DNA of 64,000 bases. It comes from Moniliella sp. 'wahieum' (taxonomy: Eukaryota). The stretch's first letter is position 1. The number at the start of each line of letters is the position of its first letter. Below, piece by piece: positions 37,622 to 50,552 of the stretch. The stretch lies in assembly GCA_003971905.1 (NCBI GenBank), contig RSEE01000001.1:310001-374000 (forward strand), in the 5' to 3' direction. The translations under genes and the position numbers were made by a program. The notes under the pieces were generated by a model, which saw only the letters and a program-made list of their open reading frames with translations, did not search any database and was not told the origin of the DNA.

Positions 37622-38263
37622 ATCCTCTTTGCTCAGTTCTCTTTGGCTGAAAGGAGGATCTCCTCTACACGTTCCTTGAACTGGGATGATCCCTGTACTT
37701 GGACCTCTATGCCTGTGGATGGCTTTGGCATCTGCAACCTAAAACCATGCACCATGGCACTATGCTTTTTTCTTTTGTCTGCCTGTTATAGCTGAGTGCT
37801 TCTTTGGATCACCCCAGTTGGACCTCGTGTGCTGTGAACCATGAATGGCGGGAACAGTGGCTGGGATTAGTCCCATTCGTGAAGACGACCAAGGGGAGGC
37901 GTGGCTGACCGGATTGTCCTACGCGGGAGGCTAGTGTGTTAGCAATCGTCCAGAAATGGGGACAGACGCAAGGGGGGACAAAATGAACCGTTGGCCAAGA
38001 GGCATACTACTTTCAGTATTTCTTTTACTTCGCGGCCAATCCCTTCTCCACCCACAGCTTGCATCATCGGCATCATCGGTCGAGAAGATACAGTAGTCGT
38101 TCCCTTGTACTGGCAGAAACGTCGGGTTCAGCCCAACTTGAGCTCAGCCATCCCTTTCCTCTGGCGTCCTCCTCAACCATTCAGACCGCAACAGGAACGA
38201 ACAAGCACTGCAGTCCCTCTGCACCCCCCTCCATCTTTCTGCTCCTCTCCATCCCCCCACCTC

Positions 38264-39326
38264 ATGTCCGCTGTTTCCCCAGCGAGTGCCCGTGCGGCCG
38301 TTCTCGGTGCCATCAAGAACGACGCTGTGGCCCAGTTATGTGCGCGTCTCTACCCCGCGCGGGTACGCGGGCACTACCTGAGCCTGCGCGCATTCGATGC
38401 CGAACTCAAATCGGTACGCAGCAGCGTATCCAACGAGTTGCTTGGGCGCATCAAATTGGCCTGGTGGCGGGACGCAATCCGCACCCTTTACGCCCAAGGT
38501 GCTCGTCCGCCCGCCCATCCCATCCTGATGGCGCTCCATGCTGCCGTGCATGACCCGACTGTCCGCGCCAACCCTGCGGGCGGGCTGCGCGAAGGCCATT
38601 TTCAATCCCTCATTGATGCCCGCGAAACCGACCTGGCTTCCCAGACCCCCGCCACTCTAGAGGAGATCGAGATGGCGGGGGAAGGCCGAAAGCCGAATGC
38701 TGTATCTTGCCCAGAGCCTGGTTGGCGTACCTTCCTACCCACTTCCGCGCCAAGATGTTGGCCCGGCCGAGGTTGTCCTCTCCCATCTTGGCAAAGCGAT
38801 GGGGATAGCACGTGTGCTGGCTGAGGCCCCCGGAGCAGCACTCGGCACCGCACGCGCAGCCAGCTTGGGCCTCCTTCCTGGCGCTACCCTTTCTGGCGGT
38901 GGGCTTCCGGCCCGTGTTCTTCTTCCCCTCGACCTGCTCGCTCAACATGGTGTGACTGAGAACGATATTTTGCGCTATTTCACCCCGCGCGGAAAGGAGC
39001 AGGCGGCGCTGCCCCCCGAGCGGTCAGCTAAGGTGCAAGAGGTGGTGTATGACATGGCGGTACGCGCTAATGATTACCTCCTCTCGGCTCGGTTGGCCTA
39101 CCAAAACGGGAAACCCGATCCGGATCCAGCCTCGCTTCTGGACGCACAGGGATGGAAACAGTTGCGCCCAGTGTTGGCCGAAACAGCTGGGGTTACTTCC
39201 TTCCTGGCCCGGTTACAGCGCGCCCAGTTCGACGTGCGCCACCCTTCCTTTCACCCGTCACGGGAAGCGGGCAACGTGGGGCTACCTCTGCGCGTGCTGT
39301 GGACTAGCTGGACCGGCCGATTCTAA
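38264..39326 (+). CDS. NDUFAF6-like squalene/phytoene synthase-family protein (complex I assembly factor)
   Basis: YLSLRAFDAELKSVRSSVSNELLGRIKLAWWRDAI...PPAHPIL...LIDARE.DL, SHLGKAMGI, LLPLDLLAQHGV, VYDMAVRANDYLLSAR, FLARLQRAQFDVRHP. Confidence 0.85.
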
Positions 39327-39489
39327 GCTCAAACTAGCTAACACCCACCCACACACACAGACACACAAAATTGAGGCTACAGGTATTGCATTCGCAATCG
39401 TTTTCACGCGCGGGCTCCATAGTAATGAGGGTCAGGCCGCAAGGACCTGAGCAAAGCCTCAACACGAGATAGGGTACATGAGGGGTGAA

Positions 39490-40594
39490 TTACTGGTCCT
39501 CTGGCCCCAACTCAAACTCGTTGCCGTACAGCTTCTGAGTAAAGAAGGAAGGGTCGAACCAGTTGATCCGTACATAGCCATCCTCTCCCCCCGTAGCGAA
39601 GCACTTGCCAAACGGATGAATGGCAATCGTGTTTACCGGACCAAAGTGCCCAGCAAAGCGGCCACACTCCTCCTCAAAGACCTTGTGCCAGAAGCGCGTC
39701 TCAAAGTGGCCCTGGCTCGCCCCTGTTGTCGTCACGTCCATCGCGTCCTGACCACCACCGAGGATGATGTACGGCCGGGTGGGGTGCACCGCAGCCGAGT
39801 TCAACGGGGTCTCGGTGGAATAGGTTTTGATCGTGTCCAGCGTCCGCGCATCCAGCAGCTTCGCCACCTTGTCACGAGCCGAAGTAACAATGTACGTCTG
39901 GTCCGCGCTCAGCTGCACGTCCGTGATGGTCGAGCCAGGGTGCGGAGACACTGCCTTCTCTACCAAATCGTCAAACATGCCCGATTCGGGGGCTTGGCGG
40001 TCGTGCGGGATACGCGCCACTGTGCCATCCGCATGGGCTGTGATGATGGCCTCGTCCAGGGCCGCCCAGACAGCCTGGGTGGGCTTGACTTCGAGGCCGC
40101 GGAGCTCAATGGAACGCACGGGCTCGGTGGACTGCTTAGTGGGTTCAGCGCGGTTGATGTCGAATACCCGGATCACCGCAGGAATCGAGACACGCGCATC
40201 GGTAAACATGAGGATTTGCGAGTTGTCCGAGCTCCACGCCACCGAGCGCACTGCTGTCTGGAACGTCCATTGGAACAGCTCCTTGCCCGTCTGCACCTCC
40301 CACAGACGCATGGTGTTGTCGGCGGATCCGGTCACAAGGAACTTGGTCTCCGAATCGACGTCCACCCGCCACACCGCACCGTTGTGGCCATCGTAGGTGC
40401 CGATGCGCTCGCCGTTGTGGCTAAAGACACAGTTGACGACCTTGTCACGCGAGGAGGTGAAGAAGATGTCGCCCTCCTTGTTGAACTGAATGTGGTTCAG
40501 CGGCCGCTCGTGTCCGTGGAAGAGAATGGGGCGCTTGGGAAGGGTCAGCAGGAGGCGCGGCAGGAGCAACGAGGCAGGATGGGGAACGTACCAT
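39490..40594 (-). CDS. TIF34: Translation initiation factor eIF3 subunit i (WD40)
   Basis: RPILFHGHERPLNHIQFNKEGD, HNGERIGTYDGHNGAVW, GGGQDAMDVTTT, GHFGPVNTIAIHP, GGEDGYVR. ATG-only first exon at 40594-40592 followed by GTACGT. Confidence 0.97.
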
Positions 40595-41499
40595 GGCGAT
40601 GTGTGGTGGGAGAAAGGCGGGCAGCAGTGGGGCGGCGTTGGCCAGCGGACGAAAAAACTCGGAAAAGGAGGCCGAGGCAGAGCGGCAGTGTTGCCGCCTG
40701 CGAAGATCCGCCCTAATTCCGCGCCTGCCTCGCGGCTTGCGCAGCCAGGAGCCAGGCCTTTGTGTGCGGGGTGTGCCGCGTGTCCATTCCGGCACCCAAG
40801 GGGGTGTGGATGGTGACGATGATGCCGACGCCGATGGATACGCTGCCCGGCTGAAGACACCAGCATGCCCCCCACCGGCGGCAAAACGGATCCAGGGCAT
40901 CATGAGAAAACTGACCGGGAGAAGAAGCGCAGCGACATGCACTTTGGCCTGTTGCACAGCGTGTCGGGCCGGTGACCTGTTTTGGCTGCAGCTTTTCTCA
41001 CATCCCAAGCCCCGTGCGTGTAGCACACAACATGCAGAAAGAGGACGATGGCATTGCTGTACATGGCGAGTGGCGGATCCCATGATCTGGTACAGCAGCG
41101 ACAATTCTTGTGCACTGCACGTGCGGCCACGAGTCGGATGGAGCACAACGCACTGCTGCTGGACCATTGAAGCGGGAGGGGGGAGGGAGGGGCGCAAGAA
41201 TGCACCAAGGCACGCAGCCAGTGCCTGGGCAAAGCGGACGAATCGTACTGGCGACCCGTACCGGCGAGCAACGTTGATGGCAAAATGGGTAACTGCGACC
41301 ATCAGAATATGACCCTCTGACCCATCGGACCAAAGACTCTTCTCTATAGCAGCGGTGCTCGCCTACACCACCACCTTCGGGATCATTGAATCTAGATCAT
41401 ATTCATCGCCAGTAGCAACTAAACACTTCAATGGTCAAAGGAATCGTCCGTATGTACATGGCAGGCCGCCCACAACCAAGCCACCAACTTTCCTTTGTT

Positions 41500-42516
41500 C
41501 GTTTTGCCAAGAGGACGGAGTACAGCTTTCATGCTACAGGCCGAAAATTGTGGGTTGGCCATGGTGAACCCTCCATCCGTAAAGATCGTCTGAGCCGTTG
41601 TGTATCGTGCTCCCAGCGATGCCAAGAAGCCCACCGTCGCCGCTACTTCCGATGGCCGGCCGGGCCGAGGCACAAACAGACCTTTCTTGGGCAACCGCTC
41701 CACCTCCTTGGGATCAATCTCCGTCTGCGGTGTAGCAATCAAGCCAGGTGCCACGCCATTGACCGTCACCCCACGGGGCCCCAGCTCCCCAGCCAAATAA
41801 ACTGTTAAGCCGCGCAACGCGTGCTTGGCGCACGTGTAGATTGAGCTGTTGGGCAGCGGTGTCAGCCCATGTACCGAGTTGGTCATAATGATCCGACCCT
41901 TGCCCCATTGGGACGTGTAAAAGTTGGCCTCGAGGTCCGGGGAGCCCTCCATATCCTGCGTCCAAGGTTGCGGCGGGGCCTGTTTTCAAATTGCTTGGCT
42001 GCCAAAACGAAAGCAACACGGGGGCATCGAAGTTGACTGCCATGCCCTGTGAAACTTGTCCAGCAGCGCATCCACCGCTTCTTGCTCCCCTTCCGTCTGG
42101 CTGCCTTTAGCATCCGTCTCGCCCAACCGCATAAACGGCGTTGGAGCAAACGCGCCCCAGCCGGCATTGTTGCACAACACGTCCAGTCGGCCAAACCGCG
42201 CAACGTGTGCACTCAACAGCCGGGGCGCTGCCACAGCCGGGACGGCAAACTCGGTAACAAAGATTTCGGCTTGCACACCATACACTGTTTCTAGCTGCTC
42301 CTTGAGCTCTTCCACCGTCGTTCGCGCTTCCCCCGGCCGCACCGTTAAGCCCACATCGAACCCCTGCGCGCCCAGCTGACGCGCAATCGCCACACCGATC
42401 CCGCTGCTCGACCCGGTTACCAGCGCGGTACGGCGCACCACCCTCTGGAGGCATGGGGGCTCGAAGTGAAGTCTGCCGTTGACACATTCTTGGTTGGAGA
42501 TGATTGGAAAAGCCAA
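41500..42516 (-). CDS. Short-chain dehydrogenase/reductase resembling bacterial YohF
   Basis: ALVTGSSSGIG, GFDVGLT, GRLDVLCNNAG, GRII..NSVH..TPLP.SS.YTCAKHALRGLT, VNGVAPGLIATP, YTTAQTIFTDGGFTMANPQF. No intron is evident. Confidence 0.85.
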
Positions 42517-43889
42517 AGCCGATGGTCGGATGCAAGGAACAAGGTGGTTGGAGGGTTGCGAGGCAGATGGCTGTGGGCTTTTATTTGCTCGTTATATCAT
42601 CTGATGAATCTGACGCGTGCTGGGACTGAAGTGGTATGGTACGTGTTACCGTTGCTCTTCCCACGGTGAAATCGGCGGAGGGTCTGGGCGGTCATGTGCA
42701 GATGAGCTGCATGACAATCTATATGATCAGTTCGTTCCCCCGGTGCTGGCGGTTGGGGGAGAGGCCCTTGGACCTTTGGAGCGAGTTAAACGTTAAACGT
42801 TAAGGCTGCAGTAGGCAACACAGGGAGGTTCGTGCGCCCACCCCGCGATGCGCCAGGATGCATTTCGACAGTGTGGTCGGCTTTTGCCCGCTTTGGCGGG
42901 ACATGGATGGATGACCTGGCGACGAGGCAACGCGTGATGATCGATGACGGTGCGGACTAGTGTGGTGGCGTCACTGTGACAGGTACTGAGTACACTGAGT
43001 ACTCACTCAGACGAGTACCTAGTGTAGTACTGAGTGGCTGAGGGTCTCAAGAGACTTGAGAGCTTGCGAGCCTGAGGCCTGGGCCCGAGGAGCGCTGCGA
43101 GAGAGATGGATGAGGTGGGCTCATCGACGACTCGTACTCAGGAGCCGCTGAGCTTACTCAACGTGTTGGGGCTGCTGAGCCTCAGTCCCCCAGCCCCCAC
43201 AGCGCTAAGAACTCACCGGTGACCCTGGGCGCTGGCGTTGGGTTAATACGTACTGCACTCAGTAACTAGCCTCTGCAGTGCCCCCTCCCTGGGGACAGTA
43301 CTTTTTCAGACGTCCATCCCCCTGGTGCCGAGGGACGGCGAAAGCGCCGCGTAGAGCCTGGGCTGCTTGTTCCTTCATCAGGCCTCAGGCGAGCATGAAT
43401 GATTCATGGCGCGTGAGCTCAGTACTGGGTGTGCCTCCAAGGTCATCGATCTCATCGAGCTGTCCATGGGATCTCCAACCACTGAACTTCTTGACTTGAA
43501 CTTGGGTGGGGCCCGGTGCGGCGCTGGAGTGCTGCAGCTGCATTGCCGACGAAAAATCTGGTTATTATGTCCACGCAAAAAGCTTCAACATCTCATCCAA
43601 CCGCCAGGGTCTGGAACTCAGGCACTTGGACCTGAACGCAACTAGTACCGGCAGCTGCAAGCTGTGCGGTACCGAGTGTAGAGTTGGTGCACCGAGTCGA
43701 TGTGGGCCAAAAATGGCCTGCTCGGGGGTTAGGGCGTGGAGCGTAACCCGAAGCCAGTGCCACTTTTATGTGTTCTCTGTTGTGTATGCGGTGCGGCCTT
43801 TTGGAGAATCGTGACTCTTGATCATTTCCTCCTTGAGATGATTTGGGATAGATATATCCTACTGCAGTTGCATTCCATCACATCTACAG

Positions 43890-45750
43890 GTTTGAAGTCA
43901 GGACAAGGAAATACGGCGCCTAACTGGCTCGCTCATCCGGCGTGTGCAGCTTTGTTGGTGTCGACCCGATTAGGAAACCGGAGGATTCGCCAGCAGCTCA
44001 AGACTCTACTTGCGCCCGCAATTCGCGCCCAAGCCGGATGTAGCGTGCGTGGATACGGATGAACGTGGTCGACAGGTGGGCGGTGAACCATCTCCAAAGA
44101 GAGACTCATCGCAGTTAATTCATTCCATCACACGCCCAAAACACCTTGCTCTCGCCGTAGTATCCGGAAAAGACATGCTCTTGAGTGCGCCCCTGGTGCT
44201 TGGCATTGTTTCCTGTGGCGTTCCAAAGGCATGGTGGTTGTGGCTCGTGTGCCTCATTCCGGTATACGCAACCATTGTCTCTCCTTTGTGCCCGAGTCCG
44301 GTAAAGAGTGGTCCACCTATCCATTCCTGAACTTGCGAACGCTCCGGATCCCATCACTCGGGAGACTGCACGTCTGGCAGTCCGCCCACACTGCGTCGCG
44401 TCCTCTTGCTCCACAGTCGGCTCGTTGTGGGTGTGAATGTTCAGGATGAAGCACACAAGATTGATAGTTGGCTCCCGCACAGCCTCGTTGGTGCACCAGC
44501 TCGGACTGTGGGTACGGGTGTTAGCCGAGATGTGCCCAAGCGAGAAGACATCAGATCACTTGCTGCTCGAGGAACGGGACAGGATAGGGAGAGCTAGATA
44601 CTAATTAGACTTTGCTTGCCGGTGAGCGCGAGAGGTACTTGGTTGCTGGCATTGAGGCAAGTAGAGTGTAGTTGAACGCGATTGCTATGCTCAACCACAT
44701 TGCGCCCATCGGCCCCGTTGGGGTTATATTGAGGAGTACCTGACGACTCTTCTCCCACATCTTCTGACAACGCTTGTCCTGCGTTGTAAATGCGTTCGCC
44801 ATGTATGCGTCCGTGGGGGCAACAAAAGTGGAAATAAGATGGCCGTTGACCTCATTGGGCACAGCACGCGTGGGGCGCAATGTACCAGCAGAGCGGACAG
44901 CCGCATCCTTCCATCGAAGAGGCAGGCTCATGAGGATATCGAGGTGTGATCGTCGTTCCCCCCTTGAGAGGGTTCTCGTTCCGCCAAAACTCCGTGCGGA
45001 TGAAAGCGTCAATTTCGGCCAGCACATCGTCCTGCTCTCCCTCCATCTGCATGGTACGAAGTAAGCCGGGGTGCAGCTGGTCTGAGCATAGTACCGCCAT
45101 AGTAAGAGGCGTCCTGACGGGTGATGCCATCTGATGAGACCTGGAGTCCTGTGATGTCCTCGAGGGTGATGCAATCGCACTGGTGGTGGTGGTGGTGGTC
45201 TAAGCCAGCCAGCAACGCCTAACCAGCCAGCAACACCTATACAGAGGAACATCAAGCAGCGAGTCGCCACCAGGGGCTAAGCTGCGGAACAAGGAAAAAA
45301 CGCGAGAGAGAAAACAGAATTCCCAGGCCTCTGAGGAGGAACTGAAGGGACATTGGCCAAAGCACGAGCCACCGATGCTCAACACCATCGAGCTCAGTAG
45401 GCACGTCCAGTCTCAGGTGTCACGCGTCACGATCACAGTGATGCACCTCAGCTTCCACACACGATAGTGCTTAGGACCTCGATAAGCCGTCATACCTAAT
45501 CTGACCCCAGTCCCGTTCAGCGCACTAGCTCGGTTTGAGTGTGAGCTGACGGGCCTTCTTCCAAAACCATAGCTTCCTACGAACCGAGCGTGGTGCACCG
45601 ACGTCAAGTGAAAAGCTGGGTAGGGGTACCAGAGATCCAAGGGGCCAAACAGAAAGAAGAGGTGGGACATGTGTATATCCGTGGGGAGCGCGTTTGGGCG
45701 AGAGTACTATATACGGTGATGCAGTTTACGCGTTACGGTCACTCGGGACC
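43890..45750 (-). mobile_element. Highly decayed copy of the CRE-like retrotransposon (copy 3)
   Basis: Minus strand reads LLRTMQMEGEQDDVLAEIDAFIRTEF (copy 2: MQMEGELDDVLAEIDAFICTEF), DILMSLPLR, NAFTTQDKRCQKMWEKSRQ and TTFIRIH. Positions 45610-45730 match the RT region HAPHLL..WIYGSPTS. The 3' tail lies at 43897-43995. Confidence 0.85.
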
Positions 45751-46030
45751 AATTTCCGGGGCGAGTCGGTGCCTCACGTACGGAGGATGCTGCGACTAAG
45801 ATGAGGTGGGGACCAAGCCACACTGGTTGCGCTATAGTCACTGCAGAGCGAGATAGAATCCATGATACAACCACCAAGCTGTGAGTCGAGGCGCCCCCCA
45901 AAAAGTGGCATTACAGTGATCAATGGGGAGGGGCAAACAGGCAAAAGGCGGGAAAAAAACGAATCAGAGTCTTGGCTGCCGGGGCTATATGTAAGCAGTG
46001 ACTAGAAGGGGAAAGGACAAGAACGAAGAG

Positions 46031-47573
46031 CTACACTGGTGTTGGTAAGAGTTGCGGTGACGTTTCCCGAGCTCGTTTGGCCGGTCGGTCCGACTCGGAC
46101 TCCACAGACAACTCGGTAATGCGGCCTTGGGACCCACTGAGGCAAGGCCAAGACCTGTTCTTCGGTAGAACTAGGTTGGCAAGCCCGCGTTGGCGACGCC
46201 ACCAGTAGTGCGGGGAGAATTGGAGCTGCAGGTGGAAGTCAGTCGCGGTCATTTCAACATAGGAGAAGGGAGAGTGGGCGGGGGGCGCACCTGTCAACAG
46301 GAATCCCCAGCGGGATACAAATCCTTCGCTGAGTTCGTACGCTTCGGGATCAAAGGGGTCGTCACCATGAACGACATAGGCCGTGTCCCATGGGTTGGAC
46401 GACTCCCCTCCCCAGAGCTCAGTGCAGAGATCCAGCTCGGAAAAGTATCCGCGCTGAATGCCGAGCAGGATGCGTTCGCGCACCACTGGCCAGGGAAACG
46501 AGGCGTCGATAAAGAAGTGGTGAGGGACCACGGCGGCTAGTTTGGAGGGTGCGTACTCCTCCGGCAACCGGTCCCAGCACAGTTGGCGCTGATGGGAATA
46601 GTCGTCGGCCAGATGAGAGAGGGCGAGGTCGTCGTCCCAGAGAGCTTTGTCGACACCAATGCGGAGACCAAAAGTGTCGAAGACCAAGGTAACGTCGAAG
46701 GAGGGCATGAGGAGCTGGTCGGCCCATACGTTGCCAAAGAGACGGGACAAGTCCCAGGTTCGAGGGGATGCAGCACCGGTACCGAGCACGAGTTGGTTAG
46801 GGGGGCTTGGACGGAAGGCGTCTCATTGGGTTTGGGCGGCGTAATTTGCCACTCGAGGGGGATCAATGGTGACAGGCTAGGTGGGTTATCCGAAGCATGG
46901 GGCGGGGCCTGTTGCGGCACGGGCGCGGGAAGTTCCATGGCAGCCAACAGGTCGTTGACAGAGGCAGTGGAGAGGGTAGAGTGGCTAGGGAGAGTGGGGG
47001 CGGTGGGGAAAGTGGGAGCAGTGAGAAGAGCAGAATCGTTGGGGGAGACACTGGGGTGGTGATCGGGGAGAAGCCGGGTTGGAATTGGGATGGAGAGAAG
47101 GAGAATGAGAGATCCTGGGATGGGGGTTGGGTTGTGGTTGGGCTTGAGATTGGGTGGAGGGTGGGAGTCGGACCTGGGAGGGTCAGAGGGAGTGAGGCCA
47201 GCGGCCCAAGCCGAGGGGGACCAAGTGCTGCCGAGGCCAGAGCCGGAGGCAGAGAGGGAGGAGAGGGCGCCGAGGATGTCAGTGGGGGCGCGGTCGACCG
47301 CAGAGGGGAGCGGAGGAGGGGCGGAGTGGATGGACGGGGGGAAGGCGGAGGGATGGGCTGAGGGGGAGACTCGTCGGAAGCCGACAGCGCCTCGGCGGCG
47401 GGCAGATCGGGCAGGGCGACTGCGGCTGCCACATCGGCCGCCGAAGCAAGACTTGGGTCCTGGCCGCGGCGGCGCATGCGGAGACGGAGCTGGGCGAGGC
47501 GGTTCTGCTCCTTTCTCCGCAGCCTGCGCATCTCGAGCTGCTCGGGCGTCAACTGCTTGGGTCTGGGCGCCAT
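46031..47573 (-). CDS. bZIP-like basic region plus DUF3425 fungal transcription factor
   Basis: RRLRRKEQNRLAQLRLRMRR at the N-terminus. The C-terminal LPEEYAPS...VPHHFFIDASFPWPVVRERIL...VHGDDPFDPEAYELSEGFVSRWGFLL resembles DUF3425. Confidence 0.8.
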
Positions 47574-48037
47574 GGGTGGATCAGACACGATGGGGGGGCG
47601 GTGGTGGCTGGAGAAGAGGGAGCCGCAGGCGGACATCATGCATCATGCATCATGCACCGAACGGCGTACGTCACTGCACGTGACAGCGTGACTGTCCGTC
47701 GGACCCCGAGGCGACGGGCCGGCAGCATGCAGCACCAGGCAGCACCTCGAACGGCTGTGCGGGGGCAGTGTCGGGCTGTGTTTGCTGTGCTGCTCTGCAG
47801 GCAGCTGCGCAGCCAGACAGCCCCTGCGCCACCGGTGAACACGATGTGTGACGGGACGAGGCCAGCACGGGGGCGGTGTGGGGCGGGCGGCGGGCGGCGG
47901 ATGCGCCACACTGCCTGCGGACAGCGCGGGGAGGAGGGCAGTGTTGCGTTGCGTTCTGGGTCGTCGTCCTCCGCTCCGCGCCACCACCACCCTCCCGCAT
48001 CCCGCCATCGCCCCCACCATCGCCCCCGCTGCCTGCC

Positions 48038-50240
48038 ATGGCCGTCGTCCCCGCCGCCCGCTTCCGCCGCGTCTCTGCCGGCGCCCCGCCCGCCTCCCCC
48101 TCGCCTCCGCCCTCCCCCCCCACTGCCCAGGCCACCACCCATCTGCCCAACCAGGACGTCCTTGCCATCGTTCGTGCCAGTGGCGCTCGCGCCGCCCTTC
48201 TCCGCGCCCACGCCCGCGCCCGCTCCCACGACGACGCACGCTTTGCCCACCCTATCTTCCAGCCTCAGCCCGACAGCTCCCCCATCCTCTCCTCCTCTGT
48301 ACTAGACCACCCCCCGCGCCCCAGCACCGATCTCGGTCACTACGCCCCCGTCCTCCACCGTCCCCCTGCCCCCACCCTTCCCTCTGTACGAGAGGGTCCC
48401 CCCCCGCCGGCCCAGCACCAGTACCAGCATTCAGTCTGACCGCAGCATCCGCGGCCCCAGACCATCCATCGAGTCTGTCTCCTCCCTGTACTCAACCTCC
48501 ACCGCACGCAACCCTCCCTTGCCCGGCTCCCGCCCTGTCTCGGGGGAACCGCGGTCCTGGTCCAGCGCCAGCTCTTATTCTGTCCCGCAGCCCTCCACTG
48601 CGCCCACCACACCGGCATCAGTACCCCACGAAACAGCCGCGGTATGGAACCCCGTCCTCTCCCTCCATTGGTGGGCAAGGAGACACTGCCTATCCAGCGG
48701 ACCGAGCCGGTGCGCTCCCTTCCGACCCCTCCGACAGAGTCCTTTTCTACGCTTTCAACAGGGCCCCATCCCCTCCCACATCCACCTCTCTCTCTGAACA
48801 CCAAGGACCCTACTCCGCACGAGCCATACGCCCTTTCTCCTGACCCCCCCGTCCCTGCATCTGTTGCAATGCCCAGCCACGAATCTGGTGTTCCTGCTCC
48901 CATCCCCGAACGGGAAGGGACCATTGCTTCCCACTCCTCCTATTCCTCTGGGGGCACAACCCCCGTGCGCGGATCCCCCCTACTCGGCCCAACGCCGCAT
49001 GAAGGTAACCCTGATGAGCTGCTCCGGCAACACGGGATTGGGGTCGGCATGTCGCTCGATGCACCTTCCGCATTAGAAGTGGACGAGCTAGCGGACCAGC
49101 TAGAGGCGTTGCGCGCGCCTGGTCACCCAGTCTGGCGGGTCTCTCCGAGGAAGCTGACTCGCTCGCTTCTCTCGACGAGCTGGATGAGGACGTGGGTCCA
49201 AGCGTGAGCGACAATGAGGCTGAGATGGACTGGTCGGACGAAGACGGGGATGGCACCTCGACCCTGGTCGGGTCCAGCTACACTTTCACCTCGGCCCTCC
49301 CCAATTCACGGCGGAGCATGCGTGCCTCGCGCGCCTCGCGCTCCTCTCGGCGAAGTTACCATCAACGCCGGTCTAGTCAGCGCCCGCGCAGCGAGGCGCG
49401 GCGCAGCACGCGCCGCCCTTCCACTGGCCCCGCCACAGAAGGCGCGACTGGCACAAGTGCGGCACGTGGGGCAACCCGATCCATCCCGGGCCAGCACGAC
49501 GTGGAAATCCTCTCAACCCGCCCCTATCTGGGATCGGAGGAACACCGCTCGCTCCGATCCAGAGCGTTACCCACCTCCCCAGTCCGGAACGCGTTCGACT
49601 ACGCGACCGATTGCGCAATCCTGCGTCGATTGGGTTCTATGGCAGTACGGGTAACTTGCACCGAGGCATGCGCTCCACGTCTTCTCTCTTGGGCTTCAGT
49701 TTGCGCCCTACCACTTCGCGTCCGCTTCCGGTGGCAGAACAAGTGCAGGAGGAAGAGGAGCTGCAGCGCAGCGCGTCGTTTGACTCGCTCCTCTCGGAAG
49801 CGTCTACACTGAACGAACAACGGCGGAGGATGGGCGTGCGGCGACCGGGCCAGGCAGCTGCGCCGCCTCCTTCCGTCCCGCGCGGACCACGCTTACCTTG
49901 GGGCCGGTCCACGCCCAACCTTCTCGCCCGTGGTCCTGGAGGCCCTGGGAACCACCTGTTCCCTTCCACCTCTCGTCCCACTGCCCCTACCCCGACCCCG
50001 GCCCAACCGTTCCACAGCCCCGCCCGCGTCTGGAAACCACCTCTTCCCTCCCTCTACCGCCACCCCGTTGCCGGCCAAGAAACGTGGGAAATTCCGTGCT
50101 GGCTTTCGCCGCCTCTTCTCCCACTCGCTCTCAGCCGTCGCGCTAACGCCCAGCCGAGTCTTAGCCCCCACTGCTCGAATCCAACTCATGTTACTCCTTG
50201 GGCTTGTGTCACTTTTCTCACCTCTCTGCCTTCTAACCCA
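48038..50240 (+). CDS. Hypothetical low-complexity protein
   Basis: Chain of overlapping plus-strand ORFs with coding-like segments (NQDVLAIVRASGARAALLRAHAR; ALEVDELADQLEAL; IGFYGSTGNLHRGMR). No known domain recognised. Confidence 0.45.
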
Positions 50241-50552
50241 CTGAGCGCACTGCGCTCGCATCTTGCTTTCCCCCCATGCATTGGGCCTCCCTTCCTTCTC
50301 GTTACCCGCTGTTTCATCTTGTTTCCTCGGCCTCTCTAGGCTCACGATGGTCTGTTTCTTGCTCGCCTGTCGTGTCTTTGTTTGGGGCCTCGGCCTCGGC
50401 CTCATCGACCATCACTCTCGTTCCTGGCCTGATCCGCCTAGCTAGGCGCTGTACTTTGTTCTCGGACAATGGATCTGCCTTAGTTCCGGAACGGGCTCAT
50501 GGATTCTAGATTCTAGTTCTTGTGTCGATAGAAGAAGCAGGGAACAGAGATT

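Noticed and set aside
39478..40716. 412-aa antisense ORF over eIF3i and many other long overlapping ORFs
   Set aside because: Expected shadow ORFs in high-GC DNA with strong codon bias; no recognisable domains.
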